Shown one piece after another: positions 10,301 through 22,300 of a stretch of DNA of 64,000 nucleotides. The stretch is from the NCBI GenBank assembly GCA_042562855.1, contig JBHPNE010000002.1, positions 7,643 through 71,642 on the forward strand. Direction: 5' to 3'. The stretch's first letter is position 1, and each line of letters opens with the position of its first letter. The position numbers were made by a program, and so were the translations under genes. The DNA comes from Elusimicrobiota bacterium (lineage in GTDB: Bacteria > Elusimicrobiota > Endomicrobiia > Endomicrobiales > JAPLKN01). The notes beneath the pieces were generated by a model that saw only the letters and a program-made list of their open reading frames with translations, was not told the DNA's origin and made no database searches.

Positions 10301-13300
10301 TTAAAAAAAGAAGCAAAGAAAGTCTTAAAGAGAGAATTAAAAGATAAGGAACTAGATCTAATTTATGACATAATATCCATTAATGCAAGAATGTATCCCG
10401 GTTATATTTCAAAAAACGATATGTTACAAATACTTGCTGAAGAGATTAAAATGATTATTAATAATTTTAATAATGTGTTTGGCAAGCTACCTTCCGAAAA
10501 AGAGTTGAGCTTATTTTTTGAAAATATAAAATTGAGCCCCGATATTCAAGAGACAGAATCGGAAATGAACAAGATAGTAGAAAAAATACTTAAAGTAAAT
10601 GAGATGTATGACAAATATTTCAATCGTGAACCTGATATCGAAGAATTAATGTTTATTATAGGCCAAATAAATAGCAAGAAAAATAAGGATGATATTATTG
10701 CTGGTATAGAAAAAATACTTGAAAGCATAAAAATAATAGTTAAAGAGTATACACATGAAAAAGAACTTACAAGAAACGAAATTATCTATATTTACAAAGA
10801 GGAGCTAAAAGCCAGCAAACCAAACAAGGAAAAAATATATTTGAAAATGTTGTTAATTCAAAATATATTTAGGCAAAATGTTAAAAGACTTCCCAACGCT
10901 AGAGAAATGAAGTTAATTTCATACAAAACAGAAAGTCAGGAGGAGATAATTGAAAGAATAGAACAAATATCTCTGGTAAGAAAATATGTAAAAGACGAAA
11001 TAAATTATTTACATTTAATGGAGCTAACAGAAATATTAGTAAACAATATCTTAGACATAAAAAAAGGTGACAGGAAGCGCAAGATAACTAAAATATTAAA
11101 AAACTTGAAAATACTTAAGGATGTTTATAGGGAAATATTTGGTTTGCCCGTAATTATACGGGATGCGGAATCTTACAGGAGACAAATCGGAGAAGAATTT
11201 AGTGAGCAAACGGTAAGAGAATATTTATTGAACGTAAAATCACAAAAAGATGAAATTAAAAGGGTTATGGAAATACTGGCAATATTATACGACGAGGGAA
11301 TTACCGGAGTAAAAAAACAAGAATTTATCGATGCGATTGCATACCAATACGGTGTAAATATTGCGAATCTGTTCAGAGAATCATTAATTGACGGCATGGA
11401 ATATATGATAGAATCCCCGGTTACAAATAATATTGATTTCAAAGTATCAGATGAGTTAAAAAGTAAATACGGCGATAAGAATAAAGACAATACCGAATTT
11501 ATATTGAAAAGGATAAGTGAAGCGATATATTTGAAACAAATAGATGACATGCTTGAGGATAAACTGGAGATCACAAGCAGTCTCATTTCACAAAGAGATG
11601 ACCATTTGACTTTTAAAATACGAATAAAAAATGAAGTTGACGAAAAAATGATTATATTTCCGATAAGTAAAAGTAAGAAAAAATATTTTGAAATTGAATA
11701 TCAGATGCTTAAAAAACTCGGGAGTCTGCTCGGTACATTGGAAGTATCGGCAGAAACAGAAGAAATATGCATGAGAAGCGGAAAGTTGGAAGCAATAATA
11801 ATGGAAGACAAAATCGATAAGGAGCAATATGAAACCTTACAAATGATATTAGAGTTTCACATAGAACGGGCCTTGCAAATAGCAGCCGGTAATAATGAAA
11901 TTAGCATATTTAATATTGATGAATATAAAGACAATTATGAAGATGTTTCAAAAGATGCTGCAGAAACATTAAAAAATATAATAATCGAGGCAAAAGAAAT
12001 TTTAGGAAGAAACCCTAGTCTTAAGGAAATATTGGGGATCTCAAAAATTTACTTGAAAAAGCCGCATATAACATCAATTGGGGTTTCTGTTAAAACGTAC
12101 GTAGGAGAGATAACGGAAAAGAGAGCAATAAGGCTAGCGTTCGCTGTGGGTATCGTTAGAGCTTGGCTGAATGATGGCGTTGATACAGATGAATTGTGCA
12201 AAACTTTATATTTAAAATTGATAGAAAACATAAAATCGGAGAAAGAAATATTTGACGATATTGAAAATATTGCAGTAGAATACTTTAGCAGTAACCCTAA
12301 TGTCGCTTTCAAAAATGAATTTAAGAAACAGTATAACTTGGAACAAAAAAGTAACGAGGAAATTATTATCGGTATATTGGAAGATGTATTTGGATCGGAA
12401 TATTTACCGTATAAAGCTGAGCTAATAAAGTTGCGAATGGCGGAAATAGAATTTGATAAAAGGGCGCCTCTGGGAAGGAATATTGTAGAAGTATGGATTA
12501 ATGGGTCACAAAAGGGAATGTTTGATGTAATGTCAAAATTAAAATATGCAAATTGGAGAAAGCTGGAATCAAGCCTCATTAGTATTTTAGATATAAATGC
12601 GGTAAAGGAAATAAAAGCTTTGGAAAAATATAATTCAACTTTCGTTGTCGATGAATCGAAGTACAAAAATTTATTAGACAGAGTTACAAGCTATTTGTCA
12701 AAATTCAAATTATCATATAGCAGCAATATTGATAGCGAAAAATCAAAAAAAATAATAGGAGATCTGGAAAACTTAAAACATGGCATCAAAAATGCACTAT
12801 TAGAATATTACAAAAACTTTGGCATAAATCGAGGAGATAATTTAAATAATGATGTATCTAAATGTTTGCGGACTGTAGTTTTACACGGTGAAGATCCGGA
12901 AGAGGTAGTTAAAAGGTTAGGTTTAAAAGTTTTAAGTAATATGGGGCTTGAAGGCGCACAAGGACAAGCACAGCAGGTGGAACTCACTCAACCAAAAACA
13001 ATTGAGGAAGCGGTTAAAGATTTTACTTCCCAAAATGGCAGTCAAAAAGAAATCAAGGCCCAAAATATTGCGGTAAAACTCGGGAAAAGGTATGAAAATG
13101 AAATTACTTTAGAAAAATTAAAAAACCGTGAAATATTTAAGACAATTAAAAATCTTGTGAAAGATGAGTTCTATAAAAGTGACGAAATGATAAGGTTGAT
13201 AGTACTATATGCGGCTCTATACAAGGCTCCTCGCACAGAGGCATTCAAGCTAGCATTCAGATCCAAAAAATTTGTTGATGGGCATAAAAACTTCAACGTA

Positions 13301-16300
13301 AAACAAAAAGGCAAACTGCTAGAAAAAACCAAAGAGATCCAGGAAAAAGGTTATAGTCTGAAAGTGGCACGTGGGCTTGCAATTATTGCAGCAATTGCAG
13401 CATTTGCAGTTACATTTGCAGTATTTGTTATACCGATTGCATTTATAAAATTAGTAATGAGTATGGTTACTGTGACCATAGCCTTTTTTGTGCCCCCGCT
13501 CCCATATTATAAAAAAATAAAAGGGATACATTTTGAAGAGAATTTAGAATTTCTTAAAACTGGAAAAGGCTTACTTCTTATGCAAGAGGATGGAAAAGAA
13601 AGCGCAGAATTAACTCTTGTAGAAAAGCTGAAAAAGAAATTTACTACCCCTAAAACTATAGATTTATCCACATTTGATTTTGATGCAATGGTTAAATTTG
13701 CAAACGAAAATAAAAAAAGTAATATGTCCTCGGATGTAATATTTGTATGCGTAATCCATGCGTCTATAGAAATTTATGGTCGTTACCAAAATAGTATCAA
13801 TGTACAATTAAAAGAAAAAATAAGTGAGAAAATTATTTACACTTCTTCAGGAGAAGACCTTAGAAAATTATTTAGTGAATTATTGAATTATAATCCTGAT
13901 ATTAAAGCTATGTCTGATTTAGAATTAAAAATAGATTCAAAAATAATTCGAGAATTTGTTAATAAAAGTATAGATGATGCCATAGAAAAACATGAACATA
14001 AAGGGTTGGTAATGCAAATAAAAGATGATATTTTAGAACAAATATCTTACAAGCAAAGAATTTTGGAACAAATTCTGGAAATAATACCCGATGAGCTAAA
14101 AAAAGGTATTACTGCAGAAAAAATACAGGAATCAGTTATTACTGATAATATTGATAATCAGTACAGGTTAAAAAACAACCTGCCCCCAACAATAGTTTTT
14201 AGCGGTGACTTATTCAAGGGATCGTTAAAAGAAACTCCTGACTATATTGCTTTCACTATTGATAAAGAATTTGTAGCAGTAAATACTGTTTTTGGAGAAT
14301 TTGGAAAAGGGGGATTAAGATATTATCCGCCTTCTTCAGAAGAATTTTATGACAGCAAGATTAAAGGAGAAGCTGTAAAACAAGTTTTTATAGAAGATAT
14401 TGATCTTGCAAATGCTATGGATTTAAAAAATATATTTGCAGATGTATTTTTCACTGGTGGGAAAACAATTATTTTAGCAAAACCTACCGTTAAAAAGGAG
14501 GAAGCATTAAGAACACATAAAGATGGAATCATTGAACGTTGGGCCGCTTCTTCAATAATGGCAGGTATGCTCTGCACGCATTACATAGCCGGTCCAGATA
14601 TGAATGCAGGTGACAATGATATGCAGAGGTTAGTTGAAATAGCAGATGCTGTTCAACGTGCTTTATATGAAATGGATCCTGAAAAATATGCCCACTTTAG
14701 AGAACCTTTAAGAGCCACAACTAGTACACCAGACGGATTTTCGCATATGAATTGGCAGGTAACAAGTACAACAGTGTTGTTTGCGCTTCTAACATTACTT
14801 CAGGATAAAAAGGTATGCGAAAAATATGATATTAAAAAAGACGAAAATGGAGATATCAGTATTATTATACAGGGCTTCGGAGATGTTGGAAGTGGTATAG
14901 TAAAAATACTGTATGATACTATAAGGTCCGAAAAAGAGATTATTAAAATTGACAATATCGAGTATGATGTTGATATTATTGAAAAAAATAGAATTTCTCC
15001 AAATCAAACAGAAATTAACGGAAGGAAATACAAAACAAAAAAAGTAAATGAAGATTACATACTACGTCCTGATTATGGAATAAAGGTTGTTGGATTGACT
15101 ACCAGTTGGATGAATGATGAGAATAATCCTGAAATTGGTGGTATATACAACGAAAATGGCTTAGATCCGGACGAATTGATACGGTTGAGAGAAAAAATAG
15201 AAAAATATGGTACAACATCGGTAAATCTTCATAAAGATTATAATGATAAAGAAGATACCGGTGTAACAGTAAGAGGGAGTAGCCGTGACGTGCTAACAAA
15301 GCCAGCCAACTTTTTAATTCCTGCAGCAGGGCCGTCGCAATTTACAAGCAGAGAATTAGAGCCTGACCCACAAGCTATAATAGACAACGGTTATGTTCTT
15401 GTTGAGGAGCTCGATGTAGATGGCGTAATTGAAGGAGCCAATGATTCTTTCAAGAAAGGTGTTGCGGAAATATTTCATCATGTTTTGCATAAGTTATTTT
15501 TGCCAGGTCCAATGTGTAATGCAGGCGGAGTACAGACATCTCAAGATGAATGGACGTACATTATTTTGATTGGATTGGAGGAAGTAATAAAAAATATGCT
15601 AAGTCTAAGAGAAATAACACGTTCAAAAATTACCACTTTAACCATTTATAATATACGAAGAATTTTAGAGGAGTTGAAAAAATCCGAATACAAAAAAACC
15701 CCATCAGATATTTTAGACGAATTTGTAAATTCTATTAGAGATCAAATGAAAAACATTGATGAATATGATCAGATTATTATTGATCGAATTACTAATACTA
15801 TTATTGATAAATTTCGTAATAGAAAAGATATTGCAAAAATAATTGCAGAATTTACTTATGCAAGAAGAAAAGCAATGAATAATATTGAAGTATCGGACGA
15901 AGCGATAGATGATATTATTCAAAATATTAAGCAAGGAGATCATTTTAAGGCCAGGTCATCAGCATATGAGCTTAGGCTATTGGATCTTAATAGACTATCG
16001 GCTAAGAAAAGATATGCATTAGTTATGAGATTAATAGGAATTGTAAGGGATATAGGATTATCGTATAAAATTCGCGGCGCAGTAGTTGACAGTTTATCTT
16101 CTATTGCAATAAACACTCCTGATACTATTGAGGGGCAAAGATTGTCTGATGCCATAAAGCAAAGTCTGAACTCATTAATTAATAATCCTAAATTCCTTAA
16201 TCTGTATCCATATATTTGGTCGACTAATCTTAGGATCAACCATTTTAAAGTTAAACATGATGAAAAAATTGAGCAGGGAAAACTGCCAAATGTAGAATCA

Positions 16301-19300
16301 TTAGGTTTTCTAAAAAAGCATGGAACATCTGGCTGGCGCAAAGGCTTAAAAGCTTCTTGGGAACAGGATTTAGCTTGGGAACAGGATCTAACAAATCTTG
16401 CTATTGAAATGAAGCTCGAAAAGAATTTTCTTAAAAGATCTCATAAAAGAGCGTTTATCATTGAAGTACAAAAAAAAGTAGAAAAATACTTCTATTCACT
16501 CAACAAAGATAGAAATATACAGAAAATAAAAGATGAAAAAGAACCTGGAATATTCAATACTCCTGTTCTCGCAACTTACAATCGAGAATTTAAAAATGAA
16601 ACAATGAGGTATGCATTGCGCCATGGGCTTTTGTCTAAAGTTCCTACAGTGGGGTATCTTCGTGAAAATATTGAGAAGTATAGAGAGCATTATGAAGCAT
16701 TTGATTATTCCGGTGATAGTGCAAGTGCATCACGGTTGACGGTTGAAAACATGAAAGCGTTGGAAATAGTGGTGGAGATGGCTGAGAATGATGAAATTGA
16801 TAATGATACAAAGGTAGATATTGGTTTTATGAATTGTTCAATGAAAGATGAAAAAAGGATAGTAGTGTATAGGTTTAAGGGAAAACACGTGATAGAAACT
16901 CAGAAATATGAATTAAACAGTGCAGGCGATAGCGTTGTGCAGATTGGGGAAATACTAGAAGTATACACTTTAGATAAGTTTAGAAATATTAACGACGCTG
17001 AGATTAAAGAAAAGTTAGTTCATTTGTACAACAATGGAGTATTGATGTATTACCTAGAAAAATTTGTAAAACTAGAAGGCAATGAAAACAATATTCAAAT
17101 TCTTAATAACATTAAGAGAGTGTTAGAAAAGTTCAAATGGTCTAAAGCCAAAGAAGGCTTTGAGCCTGGCGATGTTGCACTAGCATTTCATAGCCAAGGA
17201 TATAGAATAGGTAAAATATTTGGTGATGCTAATTTGTCACTTATTACAGACACTCGTCAAAAAAAGGACAAGTTGCCCTTTGTAAATGAATCGAGTATTA
17301 AAAAGGCCATTGAATTCTTTAAAGAGCCTAACAAATCCGAGCAAGAAGAAATAAGCAACTTTTTTGATAATTTCGAAGAAAATTATGGATATAAATGGGA
17401 CGAAGCCCTCGGCAGTACCATAGTTCAGCAAATTGCAGGTGCAGGGGAATATGTAAGCATTCCGTATGACCACTTTGTAAAAATATATCTTTGGGCAGCA
17501 TACAAAATAGCTCCGTATAAGGAAGACATAAGAGATAAATCGTTTGCCAAGGGGCATATACACTATACTCCGGATCAAATAAAGGAAGTAGATAACGATG
17601 TTGAAAAAAGTATTGCAAAAATTGAAAGTATAGATGATCTTGTTATGGACCTCATAATTTCTTTCGTTGACTATTCTCTGATTCCAGAAATTCAGAAAGA
17701 AGCTACAAAATTAGCGGAAAGCATTTCAAAAAACATTAAAGATGGAATGGAGTCCATACTTCATCTTAAACACAATATAGAGACAGTGCCAGGTGAAGGA
17801 TTGCCTTGGGTGCAAGATGAAGATAGTGAAAATCTAGAACAACTAAAACAAGGTATTTTTGATAAAATAATGAAAGCAGAGGAATCTTCTCTCAAACCAC
17901 ACAAACCATATTATGATGAAGATGAATCAAAAAAACAGGCAAAAGATCTTTCTGAGGCAATAATTAAAAAAGACACTGATGATATTCGTTTTTATGTGAA
18001 AAAAATAGTGTTAAGATATGCTGGAGCGGATTCTGAGCATTTTCAAAGTACCTATTTTGACATAGTCAGGTACTGCAAAAAACTTGCTTGGTATCTTGGA
18101 GAATTGAAAGAAATAGAGGAATATTCACCGTATTTTGAAGTGATAACAGTAGCAATGGTGCAGTCATATGAAATGATAATCCCAATTATTGAACAATCTA
18201 TCATAACATTAAACGAAGAAAAAAATGATAATTACTGGACTAAGGGAAATGCAAAGGCAATAACGGAAGGATTAGGGGGGGTTACAGAAGGAGTCAATAA
18301 TTTATTAACAGACTTTAATAAAAAATTTGTTACCTCAAATATGGTTAAAATTTGTAAGGATTTGAAAGGAAAAGCTGATAAACTCGAAAAAAGTACAAAG
18401 GAATTCTTGAAACACATGGATGCAGTGATTGAACTTATGGAACTTATTAAAATAGTGATAGTGGATGAAAAAAATGTTCCGTTTGATAAGCTTAAGCTTG
18501 GTGAGGATTTGAAAGGTAAGTATATCATGAAAGTTGGTTTGGTAGAGATTATATGGGGTACCGATAAGGATAAAGTCCTTGGCATGCTCCGTGAGTTTGT
18601 GACACATGATTCTCGTAAATATGTAAAGCATGAGTTAATTTATATTTTAATAGAATACATAGGAAATACATTTAAACTTGATGCAGCCTTTTTTAATCAT
18701 GATGATGTGAAAGCGTTTATTCCTGAGCTTGTGCGTAAAAAAATAATTAAAAATATCAAAGAGGGAGAAAAATGGTATAAACAGACAATACATGACCCGC
18801 TTATTGTGGAAATATTGGAAGAAAGTTATAAAATAAAAGGTACGGCAAATAGACATGCACTAAACAATTTAGTCGAAGGAATATTTCTAAATGATAAAGA
18901 TGCAATCATTTATGGTATCAGAGAGTTAACAGCGGACAACATAAAGAAATCTGAATCGTTTGAAGAAAAATATGGCGATGCAATACAGTTTTGTAATGAT
19001 TATATTTATTTTATGGGTAAATTGAAAGGCAGAGTTGAATTTGAATCACATTTTAAGGCAATAACAGTGGCTATGGCTCAGGCGTATAGAAACATAGCTT
19101 CAATTGCGACCGAAGCGATAAAAAAGTTGGAAGAAAATGAATATGAAGAGCAATCAGTTGCAGCAAACAGGAATGCGATTTTGAAAGTATTGGAAGAATT
19201 GGACAAGAATTCTAAGGAGCTTCTGACTGGATTTTCGCCTGAATATATTAATGATGAAATGGTTAAAATTAAGAAGGAACTTGAGAATGAAGTATGGCAG

Positions 19301-22300
19301 CTTATGGTGTCAGATATTCAAATTGATAATGAACTTAAAAGGTATGCGGAAAAGCTTAAATTTGATCCCGAAGAATTTATTTATCTCAAAGGGTTATATA
19401 AGCAATTTATAGAAAGCGTTGGGAAGAAGGAGGTTGCAAAGATATATCTCGGAGACAATTTCAAAAGTGCATCGCAAATGTCAGAAACAGAGAGGAGAAA
19501 ATGGTTTGGTCCCGAATATAATGATATTAAAAAAGATCATAAAAAAAATGTTAAAGCTGCCAAGACAGTAAATGTTATAGAAAAACGTATGAATGGAGGA
19601 ATTTGGACATCTGCTCTGGAAAAAATGGAATATTTAAAGAGAATATTGAACGATTTGTCTGATAGGGGAGGAAGGTTTACAAAAGATGGAAAATGTTTCA
19701 TTGGCCCAAAATCTACGGATCTTTTCTTTGATGTCGAAGGAGTTATCTATATTGATAGCGAAGGCAAGGAAGGATTGCGTACAGTAAAAGTAAATATATC
19801 AGAAGCAAGAATATTGCAGTTGCTAGAGTCAGTTGAGAGAAAAGAATATGCTAGTGTTTCCATACAACAATTGGCAAGTCAAAAAACAATAGATGCTATA
19901 AATGACCTATACGATACAATCTATTTGTACGACAGGATGGATGATAGGATCCCCAGTGATAAGAAGCGCGCTTATAAGGAAATACTGGAAGAATATGAAA
20001 TGTATAGGGAGCCGTTAATCCAGGGAACCCTTCCGACCATTGATCCCAAAACAAATAGATTATCAGAAAAATTTCTTGCACCCGGAGGACATGGATATTG
20101 GGCTTTTAAAGAGTTCTTAACCATTCTAGGGGTAGAAAAAGAGGAAGCTGAAAATATTATTGTTGTTATAGCTAATGAGGACGGGCTTAATAATTTATAC
20201 GATCAGAATTTAATAGGGTATATGAAACGCACTGACCTTCCGGTTATGTTACTCTCGACAACAAGAACAGCTTTAGATAATAAAGGAGGTTTATTTGGAA
20301 TATTAGAACGTATTCTTGCAATGCTAGAGGCAAAGGAAGCAGAATTATCAGGCAGAGATAAACTTGGAATGTTTTATAAAATGGGACTTATACCGGGTTT
20401 TGGAGAATTGGGCAAAGAACGATTCAATCTTAATACGTCATTGTTTAATGTTGAAAAACTTTCTCCGCTTCTGAAAGAGCTTGTTGATGATATAATTGGC
20501 AAAGAGCGGTTTTATGAAATTATAAAACCTCCATTATTGCAAAATATTAAAAAAGGAGAAGTTGGAAATCCTAATGATCCACCAAGAATTCAGATGGAGG
20601 GATTGTTGGCATCAGTTATTTTAGAACTTAACAGTTATTTTTTATTATTAGGAGATAGTCCAGAAGATAGTAGAGTAAAAAATTTGCTTAGAACAAAAGG
20701 AATATTAAGAAAAAATGATAAGGGGGAAGAGATTGTTCGTTTTGTTGAAGTTATCAATATAGACACTGAAGATAGGACAGATTTCTTTACTCCTATAAAA
20801 ACACCGATTGATTTTTGCTTACAATACAATAGTGATTTATTTGGAGTTAATGCAAAGACATGGAAATTAAAATATCAGAAAAAGGGTGCATTGCCTGCCT
20901 TTCAGCTACATCCTTTCTATAACAGTCTAGACCAAATGGAAATAGCATTTGGTAATACAAGTACAGTTGGTCTTAAAGCACTCACAATAAATGGCAAAGT
21001 ATATTTTCCTGACACAATATTGGAAGGAAATGTATTAATGGCGTGTTTTACCGATGAACCATTTGATTTAACGCTTCAAGAGAACAGAGAACAATTGATA
21101 GAAGTTTTTGATTTGGCACTTCAAGAGAACATGATAGAAGTTGGTGGAGGATCTGGGATAAGCGAGGTAGATGGAAAACTTAAATTAAAAAATATTGCGA
21201 TAACAATCGACAAAGATGGAAGAATTTCTGTTAATGGAATGGGTAAACTTTCTGAAGAAAAAATGCTGATTTTGCCCATAACAAAGAAAATTTCTGCAAG
21301 AATAATTAGATTGTTTGGAGGAGATCCCGCAAAGCATCAGAAAGTCTATAAAGCTTTGGCTTTCATTCTGGCACCTATAATAGAAACGGTTCTATTAATA
21401 TTTTATTACCTCCCATCTGTTTTTTCAAAATCTACTGAAGACCATCCAACGGGCCTTTCAAAATTCGCTGAAGACCATGACCCTGCGACACAAGAAGAGA
21501 GAGGTCAGCTTAAAAAAGGGGTAAAAGCTGTTGTAAAAACGGGCCTTCTTTTTGCATTTGCTGCAGGGATTTATTTCTTATCTTTATTCATATTGAACCC
21601 TTCATTAGCTTTGATAGCATCTAATTGGTTATCGAACGCTCTAGAAATATTAGTTTTGTTTGTTGTAGGATTAGTTGCGGGACACGCCGGAGTAAACATT
21701 GTAATTTGGAGGAAGCAGAAGCATTTAATTATTAAAAGAGATAATGACACTATAATACAGGTTGATTCTCCTGACGACGGAGCAAAATTCGCTGTTGATA
21801 AACTTGCGAGAACTATCAGGGAAAATGATATTATAGGCAAGGAAACAGTGGTAATGTTAGCTACTGGTGGTACTATGGAGCCGTTTTATAACGAACTTGT
21901 ACGCAGAAACAAATTGAGCTCAAAACATAAAAATTATCTTAATCTCTCTAACTTGATTATTTTTAATTTAGACGAATATGAAGGAATTGAAATTTTCAGA
22001 AATGAGATTTTTGAAAATTTAATAGAAGAAACAAATGTAAATCCTGATAATTTCTATTTCTGGTATGGTAAAAATCCGATAAAAGAACAAATAGAACGAA
22101 TGGAAAAACTGATTTCAAACTACGGCGGGATTGATTTTGCTTTCGTAGGTATAGGCGCAAACGGCCATGTAGGGAAAAATGAGCCTGGGACAAATCCGGA
22201 AGTTTCTGGAGCAGTTGTGATAAGTCCGCAAACAAGGCGTGACAACGCCAGGGCGTTTGATAATAAAGAAGAATTAGTCCCGGAAAAGTGGTTCGGTTTT

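Noticed and set aside
11600-11900. A protein-kinase/APH-like N-lobe in the giant ORF (FPISKSKKKYFEIEYQMLKKLG...AIIMEDKID).
   Set aside because: No downstream HxD...N catalytic loop or DFG-like motif could be found. The resemblance is limited to a generic beta-strand/helix pattern.
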